Assembly (NCBI GenBank): GCA_951406725.2
Contig: OX597816.1
Span: 32,798,001 to 32,862,000 of the forward strand
Direction: 5' to 3'
DNA from: Octopus vulgaris
Lineage: Eukaryota
DNA length: 64,000 nucleotides
The notes beneath the pieces are model-generated. The model was not told the origin of the DNA. It was given only the letters and a program-made list of their open reading frames with translations, and did no database searches. Position 1 is the first letter of the stretch; every line of letters starts with the position of its first letter. Made by a program: the position numbers and the translations under genes. Below are positions 1 to 15,135 of the stretch, in pieces.

Positions 1-2384
1 TTGGCTTCTCGACCATTTTGTACAGCGATTGATCACTCTTGTTTCCGACACTTGGAGGCAGCAAACAATTTATGCTGCACTGGCACACGCAAGCAAGTCA
101 TGAATCAAAGATCCAGTTCGTTAGCGAACATTTTGCAAAGCTTCTATAACACACTTCTCTAATTCATTCTACCTCACCGTTATGGCTTCAAATTCACATA
201 TCAGGTACATCTCTACCGAATTAATAATCAAAATTGATAGTGCGCATAGTTAATACATTTTCTTTTGTATGTTGATTTCAATTTTACAACTTCATCTTCA
301 GCAATATTAACAACCAACTATAATATTATATGACAAGCAGCTGATATATTTGTAAATCTTTGTGGTTTATGATGTATAATCTTCAGGTTACAATCTACGA
401 TTTTAGTTTCTACAAGAATGTTTCCGTTAGTACATATTAAGTCCTTTAGTACACATTTGGGTTCTTCAATTGCGAGGTCATCTTGTATAACACTTTATCA
501 AAAGGAAGTAGATTACAAGTGTTTGCCATTTAACAGAAGCATTTACGGAGCGTGGTAAGATCTGCTGATTAAGTGCAGTCTGCTCAGATTTTGCGTTCGG
601 CTGGTCACGACTGAAAGCAAAACTCAAGCCGACTATCATATCGCTTGTAATAGTAGACATATCAATCTATCTATATATGTATGTATATATATATATATTT
701 ACATGCTTGTCTATACCTATGCAAACAGACATATACATAACCGCAAATTCATTCATTTTAGAAGAACGTTTGAACATAATAAGCTCATTCAGATCTCCGC
801 TCTCAATTATAGACACAAATTATTATCGTATCAAGTTTTCATGATGCCGAACCACACTGCGATATCTGGTTCAAAGTTTCATGTCATTTGAACTATTGCA
901 GCTTAATTAGATTGCTAAAGATTTTAGTCAAATATCTCTTAGTGGAATTATTTACTGTTGTTGAAATAATTAATGAGCTGCTTCACTTACTTTCACTAGC
1001 ACGTTGTCTTTCATCATAGCTAGAATCATATGGCATCTGTAGAAATGGTACATGACAAATTGTCAATATCTGTTTCAGGTTAGATTATTTACAGCTTTGA
1101 TATTCATACACTCCAATATTGGAATATTAATTTCCTTACAGTGTTAATGCCACTGATACTGACGTTTCATTAGCAATGATGCAGTTTTTATAACGAAGTT
1201 ATATCAGAATACATTTCATTCCTATTCAGTTGTCCATTACACATTACATCCAATATTATCATGGCAGTAAAACATTTATAGTGAAAATTCTCCATATTAG
1301 TATATAGTGCGCATGGATGTCACTGTTAAATACCTGACGTCTTTCTCGCATATTTCAGTGGAAATATTTACAATAATGCGGTATCCGTATTTTCGTTTCT
1401 TGTTCAAACGTTGCATACATTAAATTTTCGGTGTAGTTAATTCTCAAATATCATATATATCGATATTTTACTCCGGCATCTAAATGCTATAATCTAGTCG
1501 CCATTTTGAACATTTTCTGCAATTGTTTCAGTGTTTTATATTTATTAAATTTAACTCAGTTATAAATGAGTTCTAAAATATCAGTTGGTTTCTCTTCGAC
1601 TGACGTTCTATGTGTAGTTACTTATAAACTTGTTGAAAACACCAATTCCGACTTCTCTACCTTATTTTCTTAGTACCACGACTTAAAAGGGACACTTCTA
1701 TGATCATGATACTAATGAAAGAGAAAGAGAGTAAGACAGAGAGACTGACAGACCGAGGAGGAGAGGTGGAGGAGAGAGAAAAAATCCATAGGATTCTACA
1801 AGTTTTTAGTTATATATTTGTCTACATTAGTTCTGATACAACATTCGTATCTGAACGTGTTTTCCAAATTCATAACATACTGATATATATATTTAAAATA
1901 TTTTATTATATTTACTATATGTAAATATGAGGCAAACATGTATCGCTAAATCGTGTTACTTCTCAATGACAACCGCTTCAACTAAGGCTGATGATAAACT
2001 AACAGTGATCATGACAGTCGTGTTGTTACATGTATCAAATACAATTTGAGTTTTTCATAACTAAATCATTTGAGACGCCGACCGTAAAATCGTGTTATTT
2101 TAGGTTATTTGATTTGAGATTCAGTGATTTCACTAATCAACTATATAGAATATCCAGTGCAACGTGATAGATCTACAGTATTTTACAGGTAAATAGTATA
2201 TACTAAATGTAGTCATAAATCTTGGTGCGTGGTACGAGGCTTGATTTAACAATCGCTTATATATTTCTTAACGTAGCACGGCTTCTAAATTTGTATATTT
2301 ACTGATATCTTTGTTTGTATTAGTTTGCCATAGGGTTACATACGTTTCCTGCTACCGCATTTTGCACACGACAAAAGCAGATTA

Positions 2385-3674
2385 TATCAGGCTCAGTAAA
2401 AATTAAGCAACGTTTTGAAACATGAAATTCATCACAATATATTTCAACAATTCGGAAATTTTATTCGTCAAATTAGGTACTATTACAATCAATACATATT
2501 TGCCAATGAGTTACCAGTTGGTTTATTCCGATTAAATATGAATGTGAGGTTTTGGAGCTGATGAACTCTTTGGACGCACATTCAGCATCGGTTTGATTTT
2601 TCAACTGCTTCTCTCACAGAAAACCCTCAAGGCGATTGCAAAAGTGGTAGTCGGTAGTAGAAAAGTTTTGGGAATAAGCTGCGTGGGGAAGAAATTTGTA
2701 GCAAATTCGAGCGTCATTAGTGAAACGTTTGATCGAGCATTGTCATGAAAAATTATTGGCCCTCTTCTATTGAACAGTCTGCGAAGGAGAAGTAGTAGCT
2801 TCTCGTTCCTTTTGGTAATGTCATGTCAATATGTCTTCGCAGTGGTAATTTCCTTCCGGGTTTTAAGAAGTTATAGTGGATGAGTCCAGCTCTACACCAC
2901 AAAACAGTCGGCATAAAATTTGTGTTTGTTTGTTTGAAGAGCGCAGGTTCAGGGATAGTTTTCGGTGCTTCATTTTGGCCTAGCTCTTGCGAAGAACGTA
3001 TTTTATTATTGTACGCAACCCAACTTTCATCGCAAATTACAATACGGTCGATAAATGGATCGGTCTGGTTACAGAGAAGATGTGACGGAGAAAATTTCAT
3101 ATCTGCGCATGTTTTGATTTGTATTCAAATCGTGTGGGATAATTTGTCGATGTTTTTTGCGTTTTCCGATAGCACGACAATGGTTGCAAGCAGGTTTTTG
3201 GTTACCTTGAAGCTATGTCGCCAGTTCTCGAGTGGTTTCACGTGGAAATTTCTCAATGAGAGACTTTAATTGACCGTAATCAATAACAGATGGGCGTCTA
3301 TTACGCTCACGATCTTCAAGGCTCACGTCTCTACTGCGAAACCGTTTAAACCATTTTCGAGTTGACCACTCACTGGTCATTTCCTCACCAAACGTGTCGT
3401 TGATACCGCAAGCTGTTTCAGTTGCTTTAAGTCCTTTTCTGAAATTGAAAGGCAAATTTGATCGAATATGGCGCTTTGAGAGTCCCATTTCAGATGATTG
3501 TAACAACAACGGGAAAAACATATTAACGTTAATTTATCGATACATTTACCCACATATATGTCTGCGTTATTAGACAATTGCAAAACAAATATTAAAAAAT
3601 AATTAATACTTTCAAAATTCCAGAATAAATTCTTCATGGTTCAAAACGTTGCTTACTTTTTACTAAACGTGACA
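2385..3674 (-). mobile_element. Mariner (Tc1/mariner) DNA transposon, full-length but decayed, ~1.29 kb
   Basis: Imperfect ~40-bp TIRs: 2385 tatcaggctcagtaaaaattaagcaacgttttgaaacatgaa versus revcomp of the right end tgtcacgtttagtaaaaagtaagcaacgttttgaaccatgaa. Internal transposase fragments are present. Confidence 0.93.
2520..3491 (-). pseudogene. Mariner transposase pseudogene (frameshifts and stops)
   Basis: HTH region (KATETACGINDTFGEE..WFKRFRSRDVSLEDRERNRRP), catalytic start (RIVICDESWVAYNN), WCRAGLIHYNFLKPG, and LPHAAYSQNFSTTDYHF (~2640-2690), matching the YSPDLAPSDY motif. Confidence 0.9.
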
Positions 3675-4099
3675 GATGTAACATCCACCTCCACTTCAAT
3701 CTTTACTAAGTCAGTTTGTTTATTGTTGGTCGTAAGATAATTCCCGTTTCCTTATCGCGCTTTTATCACCTATAACCAACACATGGTAGTGAATTAAATG
3801 GATCGTTAAGGGTGCGAATAAAATGTCTAGAGATAATTGTTAATATTCTTTGGACACTAAGATCATATCGCGTGTTCAAAGTTTTTGAGATTTCTTTCGG
3901 TATCAAAATGTACTACATTGAGGTCTTTTATTGTTCTCTTTATTAATTTTCTTCCACTCTATGAAATTCATGCGCGCGATGGGGTTTTCTAGTTACTGAA
4001 AATGAGAAAAAGAATATTAAATATAGGACACAATCAGAATTTTCTTGACAAATATTTTGTGACTGTCATTAAACGTCCATCTGTCAAAGGAAGGAGTAC

Positions 4100-4512
4100 T
4101 CGACGCAGTTGTTTGGCACTCCGTCGGTTACGACAACGAGGGCTCCAGTAGATCCAATCAACGGAGCAGCCTGCCCGTGAAATTAACGTGCAAGTGGCTG
4201 AGCATTCTACGTACACATGTAGAGCATTCTACATACACATTCTACATACGCAGTTCTCAGAGAGATTCAGCGTGTCACAGAATGTGACAATGCTGTCCCT
4301 TTGAAATAGAGGTACAGCAGAAACAAAAAGAAAGAGTTAGAGGAAGTTGTGGGGAAAGTGTACAGCGGGGTTCGCCAACACCCCCTGCCGGAACCTCGTG
4401 GAACTTTATGTTTTCGCTTAATAAACATTCACGATGCCCGTTCTGGGAATCGAAACCGCGATACTACGACCGCGAGGCTGCTGCCCAAACTACTGGGCCA
4501 TTGCACCTCCAC
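4100..4512 (-). mobile_element. tRNA-derived SINE (family E)
   Basis: Minus-strand head gtggaggtgcaatggcccagtag...ggtttcgattcccag has A-box and B-box-like motifs, followed by a repeat-like body. Confidence 0.75.
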
Positions 4513-4587
4513 AATCCACGCAGTAATACATCGAAAGTATATGACGACGTCACTACACATTACATTCATTATTGTGAAAGCTGTACA

Positions 4588-4795
4588 GGTACCGAGCTGG
4601 CAGGAACGTTTACACATCGGACAAAGTGCATAGTGTCATTTCGTCCGCCATCACGTTCCGAGTCCATATTCCACCGAGAGCGACTTTGCTTTTCGTCCTT
4701 TCAGAGTTGACAAAACATGTAGCAGTTGAACACTGGGGTTGATGTAATCGACTTATCCCCTTCTCCAAATTTCGGGCCTTTTGCCCAAATGAAGC
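4588..4795 (+). mobile_element. tRNA-derived SINE family B (Meta-domain-like core), diverged
   Basis: gagctggcaggaacg...gactttgcttttcgtcctttc...cactggggttgatgtaatcgac; homologous to copies at 33101, 56744, 57618 and 58022. Confidence 0.8.
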
Positions 4796-7029
4796 CAAAA
4801 TTGTGCTAGCGATAGACTATTTATAATGAACTTTCCACTTAAACTGCTTAATGCCCATAGATAGCACTGTTATGTATACCTTCGCAAACATTTAACCTAT
4901 ATGAAAAAGCTTAATGTTCATTTTATGTTTGTAATTAAATATTATCAGCGTAAGATATTAAAGTACAAGGTTTAATGAATTTCAACTATTATGTATTCTT
5001 AGATATTGGAACGTGTTTTAATTGTATTATTGTTTTTAATTGATCTATTTATTGCCGTCTATGCAAAAACGATGTGGTATTTTTTCGGGAAAGTATCACT
5101 TCCTATTTTCCACAAGGATCATTTAATTTTTTGTAGGTACTAAAAAAATAAATTAACCTCGGATGAAGCTACAATTAGTGCTCTAGCTTCATGACCATTG
5201 AAAGCATTTCAATCTATCTCTTGTACGTTCTTGTGCGAAACACAATATTGTTTCTTTCATTGCAGTTACCTGATTAGTCAAACATTTCCCGCATGCCAGG
5301 AAATTCATGAATACAGCCCTCATTACGTGTTTAGAATATCTTCACCACACTTACGTATAATTTGTTACGAATTAAGCACAGTAATCAATTTTGTTCTACA
5401 TCATGTCTATGTATTCACTTATTAGATTCAAGGGGGACAGAAATTATAACCAAATATCCACTTATTTTATCGATTGCACTCGAAAATGACAGCCATTGCA
5501 CTCACCTATAGTTACAGTGGGTTCTCGTAATAGGTTTTATCTCCCTCCTATCATATATTAAGTGAAGCAGTGAGACTTAATAACATTCGTCTCTGGTTTT
5601 CGAATATACTACCTTCCATCCGCCTAAGTTGTATGTGCGTTGATTTGTTTTTCTATGCGTATGTGTTTGTGTATGTGTCTTTACTTCTGTTTGTATGTGT
5701 ATGTCTGTGTGTATTTGTTTTTGTATGCGTATGTGTGTGTTTGTGTATGTGTGGGAGAATGGGGCTATAACACATGGTAAGGAAAGAAGCTAAAAATATT
5801 ACTAGATTAGAAAGTACAGCATATATATAAATACGTATGCTGTGCGTGCGTGCGTCGGTGTATGTGTGTATGCGTGTGTGTATGTGAATTTGTGCTCGTG
5901 TGTGTTAATTATATGACCGGTCATAGAGTCCCAATGGTTTCTCATTTAAACAGCCCTTAGCTTCATACACAGCTCGTCGGAATATATATACATAGATCAT
6001 ATAATCTCTTTTCAAATTGAAAATAGAAAAACTTTGCGGGGCGTAAATTTTGTCCTTCTGCTGAATCTATTGAATAAACGTCCGTGTCAGTGTGACTGCG
6101 TGAAGTGCTTGTCCACTAACTTAAAGAAAATCCTTTCCAAACAAGTTAGAAGAGAAGGGCTAATATTTCTCCACTATCGGCTATACCTAGGTTGTTGGGT
6201 AGCTGTTTGACTTCACTGTTAATGTTTTTGTATGCATGGGGGGTGAGTGTGCCTATATTTCTGCGTTATATTTCTACATTAAAAACCTATCATGTGCATG
6301 TCCATCTATCCCTTATAGGAATTTAGTTTGGTTGGAGAGGATTAAAGGTCTGCGGGAGAGTTTTAGCAGACGTATATCAGTACAGAGTTTGCACAGAAAA
6401 GAACAAGAGGACCTACGTTATCTTAGCTTGGGTAAAATGTTTAGTAAGACTACTTAGAATGCTTTGAGATCTTTGATTCTGGTTGGACGTTTCCGGCGTT
6501 TTAGCTATCGAACACAAACCGCATGATGATCTTTTATAAAACACTTTTTATCCGGGGTGCGTAATAGATCGACAGTAGTTCATATATCCGAAAACGCTCG
6601 AAACGTTTGAGATATTCAAATTAACAGTAGAGAAAAAAGAAGACTGAACTTCTCTTGGACAGCGTTTGGTAATAACAAAAAAAAATTCTTGGACGTTTCT
6701 TTTCATAACACATTGCGCAGTTCATATCCGAGTGAAATTATACGCAAATGTTTACATTTAATTTAAGGGAGATAATTTGAACGTGTCTAATTTTGTCTAT
6801 AATACATCATATTTGAGATCGGGAAAAAATGGGCAAAAAGGTATTTCCACTGGCACAGATTCTGAATATTTCATATATTTTGGACATAAATTTTAGTATT
6901 ATTTAGTGGTAGATTGTAGATCTCGCTAAAGGTATCTCTGCATTTGTATTTGGAGCTGACTGGATATTAGAGCCTCTTTGAATTGGGAGTTGACAAGTTC
7001 AAATATAACCAATTCGCTGTTTCTCCACC

Positions 7030-7680
7030 GCAAGCTGATATGTATAATGATGCATCATTTTACATGCACATTACCAAGTTCGCAGCAATGTGCAGACAAG
7101 TGTCAGGAACGATACGATGGAAATTCAGGGCAACAGATCAAGAAGTCATATTGACTCTATGGAAGACCATTGTCCTCAGCCGCCTAGACTATTGCTCTCA
7201 GTTGTGGCTACCACATAGTGTCAAGCTAACAACGGAGTTCAAAGCAACCCGGCGTCACTAGACTAAATAGATTGCTACAGTCCAACAGATGAACTACAGA
7301 GAGAGGCTGAAATATCTACGATTCTACTCCCTAGAGCGCAGACGTGTAATAATTTACATGTGGAAAATACTGAAAAAGCGAGTACCTAATTTTGGCATCA
7401 AGTGCTATATGAATGCTCGTACTGGATGTACCGTTCAATGCATCTAATATAAGAACCAGGAACTGCAATAACCTAGGGTTCAGAGGACGACAGATCATCA
7501 ATGTTCTGCCAAAACAATTAGAAAACTTACACGATATAGGTATGGAGGTCTTCTAACAGAAACTGGACACTTTCCTATCAACAATACCAGACGAACCAAT
7601 CGCTCTACATGAGGCAAAGTTTAGGACAGTAGAATTAAATTCTCTCATACACCTGATGGCCCATCGACTTTTTTGACGGC
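7030..7680 (+). mobile_element. 3' fragment of CR1/L2-group LINE ORF2
   Basis: LTLWKTIVLSRLDYCSQLWLP...MNYRERLKYLRFYSLERRR...QKLDTFLSTIPDEP matches the conserved C-terminal motifs of CR1-like ORF2; stops present. Confidence 0.8.
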
Positions 7681-9593
7681 ATGGCATCAGTTGGAAGAGA
7701 AGGAACCACAGAAGGATTGTGGAGAAGGTACAAAAACGAGTGAACAAATCATGGTATAATCTGCATACACCAACAATATTATTTGAATACTAAATATCAA
7801 GAATACGTTTAGGGTTATTGGTACCCAATATTCCTATCGTGCTAAGTGAAAATACCCGCTCTTAGTAATTGAGACTTGGTTTATTTTATTTTATTCTATA
7901 GTACTTCCGAAGTGTAGATTCCAAGTTAAGTGAACAGAATATAAATAACAAGTAATATGTTTTGTTTTATATTTATATATATATATATATATATATACCT
8001 CTCTCTCTCTCTCTTTCACTATATATATGTATGTATATCAACCCGACGAATGGGAGAGTAGTATATTTGTTTAATTCTGAAATAATTGCTATTCATTGCA
8101 CGCATTTCAAACAACGTCTCAAGTACAATACAGACTGCTGACCCGTTCCTAGAGCTGAATGACTAAGTCTGTCGTAGCAGTTTGTACTGGCAGTAGATAC
8201 GGTGAATTTCCGCACTGGTGTTGTAAGACCGGTGCAACGAATCGATGAAACTCGATGGCATATACATTGGCTCATTGACTTCGATTTCATATTTCCGATG
8301 TTTGGCAATAACGCACATTTATGGGAAAGGCTTCGGTAGCAAACAGTTATTGAACATATTCCCCAATTTCCTTCCCTACATTTTGAACCTTCCTATGATG
8401 AATTGTGTGCCAAGTAATATGTGCCCTTAGTTTTCAAGTGAGCTGCAAGACTACAGTTTGGTCAAATACCATCGATCACTGAGTCATTTGTTCAAACATA
8501 GTATGTCTAGAGAACATTCCTCTACTTATTTCCTGAATATGCTAAGAGTTATTTTCAATCTAAGATTAACATATCCCTCGTCTGTGTCGAGAGACCTTTA
8601 CTCACACTTTTAAGAGTCAGAGTGATGTACGTTGAATGGCTACGTTTTTTCTAAAGAATCCTACACACATCTCTGTAGATCCTCCCAGGCCGGTAAATTG
8701 GGAGGATAAGAAAAGGAAAGAGACTGGCAAACACATTCTGAAATATATTACGTCTTAAACTATCGGAGAGCCACGGCTAGAATTCTTGTGTGTTACGTTG
8801 TACTGAACCACATCAAAATTTAGCATCAGCAACATCGACAATAAGATTATATATAAACCAGTTGACATATTTCTATTTACTACACATTGTGTATTTCAAG
8901 ATAATTTGATTACATCTCCTGTAGCAGCCATTATGAATCTCTAAAGGTCGAAGATTCTTCCTAACATTTAGTTAGTAAAATATCTTTATTTAAAACAAGA
9001 AGAAGCAATAAATTTAATCGAAATTACTAGTAAGCCAACATTTTATAATGAAATATGGGAAATAGTACGGTATTTTAATGCAAAAATTAAAATATTTTTA
9101 TAAGCAATCAATATGAGAAGAAATTATATATAGAGGTAATTCAATTTGAATAGAGGTGATAAAATTTTAATTATTACACTTTAATTAAATTTCTGATCCA
9201 TGAAATTAATTAAAGAAAATGGAAATTATTAAGCAATAAATATATAAATCTTAAATTTGATTTCAGAAAATTCTGATTTCTATAGTAATACGATATTTTA
9301 TTTTAAATTAATTTACTTTGATTACTAAAAGTTAAAAATGAAATTAGTTTCATTAATTATTAATTTGTATTTTTCATATCTCATCATTATCGTCATCAAC
9401 TTCTTCATCTTCATCATCACTGATAATATTATCATTATCAGCACAAGTATTAACAAAAGCAGTAATATTATTATTTTTATTCAAATAATTATTAAATTGA
9501 ATTATTGTGCTTTTTATTTGGTATATACTTCTTGTACCGATAACGATAAACAATGTCAGAAGTTAAACATATTGCCAATGATAATAATGATTT

Positions 9594-10030
9594 AGGTACA
9601 AGGCCGGCAGATTTGAAGGGAGGGTGTTACCTAGTTTATTTTATCGAAACCGAATGAGAAAAATGCAAAGCTGACTTGGTGAGATTTGAGCTCAGGATAT
9701 AAAGCAAGTAATACTGCCAGTGTTATTTTGACACTAACTCTTCCACCAGTTTGTTGCAAAACAAAAAGGCTACATATTGGTGAGTGATGTAATCGATTAA
9801 ATCCATCCCATTTCTGCCACTCCCGAATTATTCCCTCAATCGATCATGTTAATATGATTATACTGTAAAGCAGCGAGCTAATACAAACGTTAGCACACCA
9901 GGAAAATGCTTAGCTGCATTTCGTCCTTCTATATGTCTTGTGTTCATATTCCGCCGAAAGTCTATTTTGCCTTTCATCCTTTCTGGATCGATAAAATAAT
10001 TAACAGCTAAGTACTGAGGGCGATTGTATC
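9594..10030. mobile_element. Two decayed family-B SINE copies in divergent orientation (9594-9730 minus, ~9868-10030 plus)
   Basis: Plus copy has ttttgcctttcatcctttctggatcgataaaata; minus copy has tttatcgaaaccgaa...gcaaagctgacttggtgagatttgagctcag. Confidence 0.65.
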
Positions 10031-10199
10031 TCGCTCAGGCGTGCTCTTATCATACCACAAGTCGTCTCGAACAAAATCCTTATGCTGTTCTTTTCTTTCT
10101 TTCTAATATAGTCAGATTTTTCTGTACTTTGCCTAGTCTTTCACTAAGAATTATCAATTTACGATTTCCTGTCAAATAATTCCTTATATGTCCGAAAGT

Positions 10200-12330
10200 T
10201 CCAAAAATAACTAGTGATTTTTAAAGTTTGCTTACATTTTGTTCTAATATTTCAAATAATTCCATACCGTAAAATATACTCATATGAACATGCTACAAAT
10301 ATTACACTACATTTCATCTTCCCATGAATGTTGTACATTCTTTCTACATAAGAAAGTTCCATAACAGCCGCAGTATGTTGTTTTCCATAAATATATTTTC
10401 TGTACACAAAAAAAAAATCGTCAAAACACTTCTTTTTTTCTGAGCGCCAAATTTCTTTAAACTTCTTAACATACATTTTGAGTATGTTTTGCGAACACTT
10501 TAAGTATTCCAATACAATATGACGTATATTACTATCTATATTGTCACTCATTCTAAATCCAGACTGGCAGTCTAACCGACTCTCATTTTCTCGCTCAAAT
10601 TTATTCAAAGTGGTTTTTTTCTATGCTACTAAAATCATAAGATAGTTTTTCTTTTTTCTAATTCGCCTATGCACTCTTAATCTAAACTCCTTTTTCTTGA
10701 AATTCATGATTTCCTTTCTTATTTTTTAAAAATTTTATTTTGTGTGTGGGAGCTTTGCTTTATGGGCCTTAATGACGCTAAGTAGTATAAACGGTATCAA
10801 TCTGATAGACGATGAACACTTTTGTACACAGGAATCTGATCCTTTCTCTTCCTCTAGATAGCATTTAGCGTATCCTTGTACAACTCCTCCTACCTACACG
10901 CTCAATTTGAGTTCCTGTATAATTTCTACATTCAGTTTGAATATTAGAGATGTTTCTATGGAAATATTCATAGCTCAGGACCTCCATCGTGCCTTTATTT
11001 TTATTTTATCCCTTTCTGCTACTGTATAGTGAGTATACATTCTCACCTTTCAAGCAGACCAATTTTATTATATTTTTTTATGGACTTTCCTCCGCTTTTT
11101 CTCCATCAGAGCATATTTCCCGATTTTAAATGTTATCGGATGTCACTATTCACTATTATTATGGTTTCCACTGAGAAATCCAGCTGATTCCTAGCTATGA
11201 CATTTTAAGTCATCCATAAACAGGCGATAATTCATTTTTCTATTACTCCTTCCCAATGTGTTCCATGTAATCGACAAAAAGAGCAGTGCGTCTAAAACAT
11301 GATCCTAAAGCTGCTGTCCCGTTGAAACATCACTATTCAGATATGTTACACCTTCCATTGCAGATATTGCTTAAAGTCCCTAATGTCACATTGCATTTTC
11401 TATCAGGCATCTAACAAATCTCATTTCTCTTTTTCTTATTGTTTTTGATTATGAACGATTCTGAGCAGCATTTGATCTGCAAGTAGAAATTTAATACATA
11501 TCTTTCTCCATAATCGATCCGCGCAATGTAGAATTGCATTGTTCCCTTTCTACAATCCCTCATGACTATCTTATCAAGCATTCATTTGTCGTACGTTGTT
11601 TTGTTCATTTTTCTGCAGAATTTCTTTTAATCAAGCTTTGAGAGCTTGTCATATAACCGTTGTTATTTGTCTACAGCCATTATTCCTAGTATAGACCTTT
11701 ACGTAAAAATTGCTGACGTAAAAGTGGTCGGAAAAATTAGCTAGCGTTTCCTTTCAATTTGTCATTTAATATCACGGAAATTATTTTTCTAGTGAACCTT
11801 ATTAACACGTGCCGTTTTTTCATACTCTCGTTTACATAGGATCACTATCGTTTCATGGAGACGTGTTATTTCTTTCAGGAAATAACCATGGATAAGATAA
11901 GTCCTAGTAACTTTCTAATTACCCTTTTTTTAATTATTTTCATTTCCTTGTAATTTTCTCCTTTTTTTTTTTGGCATTGAGCCTTACATTGTGCTTGGCA
12001 TTTTTCCCAAATTCCTTCTTTCAGTATTAGGTCTTTATGTTTTAATTCCTCCCATTTCTCTCAAGGTTATCAAACAGATGTGCGTGTGATGGAAAACATT
12101 GATTTTACCTATATTGATTGATTATACTTTCGATGTTCCTGATTTTGGCAGAGTTTTTCGTTTACTCCCGGGTTAGCTCTTCGATCTTTATCGCAATCCG
12201 TATTTTTTGTGTTATACATTTATCTGAATTTACCTTCACTTTTTGTCATTCAATAATTTACCATTCTTCTACTGCTGCAGTATGTTTGCCTTTCCTAAAA
12301 CCTCTTATATACATTGACATAAATGTTTTC
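10200..12330 (-). mobile_element. Heavily decayed non-LTR (RTE-like) reverse transcriptase relics, probably two fragments
   Basis: Minus-strand motifs IPVYKS and FILLSVIK (~10770-10835), QSGFRMSDNIDSNI (ORF 10252-10608), and a second GFRKGKHT (~12275-12300). Confidence 0.55.
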
Positions 12331-12949
12331 AACTAAGGTGTCATTTCTCCTTCAACAACACTGAAACTGCATGATGAATGCGTTGGTGTCTGTAATGTAT
12401 TCATGGATGTCTCGATTATACTTCCGTTGAACATGATTCAAACCAAGTGCTTCACGTAGGATGTACCTGAAAAAATGAGATCACCAAATACTCAGTCAAC
12501 TTTCCTCTCTTACATTAGATGCACTCTCATAGGATTATCAGACCAAGTTCACCTTGATCCACTTCAAGTATAGACTCTGTACGTTCGCGTTAGTGTGGAG
12601 AGAGCAACGCATTGCGATCGTCTGTCGAGTACAGTGATCTTGTTCGCGATCTCTATTTCGGCCCATTAAGAATGGTGACACTATAGTGAACTACAGCAAC
12701 AGCGCATATATTGATGACACTCGTAAGGTACCTTATATCGCATCTTGACTTGAAGAGAAGTGTTTGTAGCTTGGAGTATACAATGACATTATATTTCATT
12801 TGTCTATCGAAATAATATCCATCTACGCGATCCGAACTCTGCATTATCTTTTCTCTCATTGGCTCTATGTTTGTCAATTCCATGCACCGCTATCCCTTTC
12901 CCCTGTTTCAAAGTGAGGATCAATCAATTACTTTTTTTGTTTACATCGG

Positions 12950-13425
12950 TAGATCAAATTCTTTTGCATGCACGTTGCGTATTTTGACAAGTAAAACGAT
13001 CACGATTGGGAGGATTCTGGTTTTCCACTCCAATGATTTTACAGAGGTCTGTACCGGGTCCAGCAGCTTCGGTGTCTTGTACACACAGAGGAGTCTTCCC
13101 GTTCAAACCTTTATCTGGCTAGGAATTAGGTTCCCTAATTGCAATGAATGAAAACGATATACTAGAGGGTTTGTTTTCCGATTGTGTTTCATTAGCAACA
13201 ATTGCTCCTAAACATAGCAATTACTTCTCCTCTGCTTGGAATTATTTTTACCCTATTTCACCTCACCAGAGGTCATTCAACATACGTGCCTCCTGATTAC
13301 TCTGTATTCAGCATCTTTCTCAAATATCATCCCTAAGAACGATTTTCCAGCTAGCGTCCATGAAAGCAATCGTTTCCCAATTCGCGTGCATTATATAACT
13401 GCCCTGCATCGATCGTGGACACTTT
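12950..13425 (+). pseudogene. Possible Helitron/PIF1-type helicase C-terminal relic
   Basis: SLPVQTFIWLGIRFP / NENDILEGLFSD / NIIPKNDFP..NRFPIRVHYITALHRS occur in the same order as PIF1 motifs PPHxLxLKxGxP, RNL..GLCNG and QFPxRLAFAMTINKS; similarity is weak. Confidence 0.35.
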
Positions 13426-15135
13426 TTATTGATATTTTGCATAATAACACAAATATTATGCCTACACACATGCAAAGAAGGAAATGCACAAAAAATGGGT
13501 GAACTCTTACCTATATTCCAAATGAATACTTGTAAATTTTACAAAAGGCTTTGTGTAAGAAACACGAAAAAAGGTGACCAGTTAACACGTAGTTTACACA
13601 AAATATTTATTCTTTAAGGAACTGTATAAATCTGTAAATTTCTTTGAAATTCAACCTGAAATATTATGGAGGCTTTGTTGTGTAAACCTCTGTGGGTCTC
13701 TATTATTTCTTTCTTTGTACCTAGCTGCTTCATTCAAAGAATTATTAAAGTAATGCGGAAAAGGCAACGTGTGTCTATGTGTGTGTGCTCGTACACATTC
13801 AAATGTATTCACACACACATACATATGTATATATATATATATAATGTATATATTTATGCGTATGTAATTTCATATATGAAAACTACATCTTTCAGAATTC
13901 TAGAGAAATATGAAACATAAGAAAATCCATATTCATACAGAACAATATATGAACATTTTAAAAAACTATATAATCTTATGTTATACATAGAATATGTGAA
14001 TGTGAAAATTTATATTCAAAATTGTTTCATATGAGCGTTAAATTTTAATTGAATTTTTCATTTTCTGTTATTTCTATGAACCCACATGTAATACGCAAAG
14101 AAACACAGATACAAACGTACACATTAACACTCAATTATAATTTAATCTGGCTGCATTCTTTGTTCCAATACGTTTTGTTGCAGCTATAGGCAATGACTGT
14201 CAAATTAAATTATATGAAATATTTTGCAGAATAAGGAATTATAATTTTAGCAAGCTTTTTTTAAAATATATTTTTACACCATCTACCGATTTTATAGCTA
14301 TTTCGCCAGTAATTGTTTTGACATTTTCTGTAAATCGAAATAATGAAAATTTGAATGGCAGCAATTTTATCTGTATATTTGTGTTTCCATAAAGAAAGAT
14401 TTAAGCGTTGTCCTTTGTAAATAATTTTCAATGTTATTTACAGAAGAATGTAACGATGACTGGCAAAATGAATAGAAGAACACATAACGAAATTTTTGTT
14501 ATGAAAAAAAGTAAAACTTTATTTGCATATAAACTTTACTACTATTCTGCAAATATTCAATGACAATCACCGTCATACATGCTTTGTATATCTGTGCTAG
14601 CTTGTATCGCCGACGAAATCTGGGAAGACATCAAAATACCGTCTTAATACATGAAGTAGCTTTGGATAACGATTAAACAGGTCCTATGTGTCAATGGCAA
14701 GCTCGGAAAAGCAGAAGGGTATCAGATTACACTCTGAATAAACATGTAAATGCAATCGAAAACTTATAGTGTGTCTTTCAAAAAGAAAATTAGAAGTCAG
14801 ACTTTTATATAGGTACCTCAGATCGCAGACACGTTAGGTATAATGAATGAGATAGGTAGTAGTTTTAGAAATTGCTGGCAAAATTATTAAACTTCTTGAG
14901 ATAAATGAGGTGTATGATATTACAGAATCTTCGAAGACAAATGCTAATAAAGCATTGTAAATTTTCAGTTAACGTATGGTATATACGTTAAACACATTTG
15001 GGAAAATTCATACACGAGGAACTAGAGTGTCTTTCAAAAAGCTAGTCGATGGTACAGCATATTATCGATCCAAGTCTCTATAAGAATATGCTAGCTTATG
15101 ATGTTTTAATCACTTCCTGAAATTAGCTTCCGCAT

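Noticed and set aside
1-660. Possible LINE ORF1 (gag-like) relic on the minus strand (GNILVE motif, Cys-rich end)
   Set aside because: Too degraded to support without a profile search.
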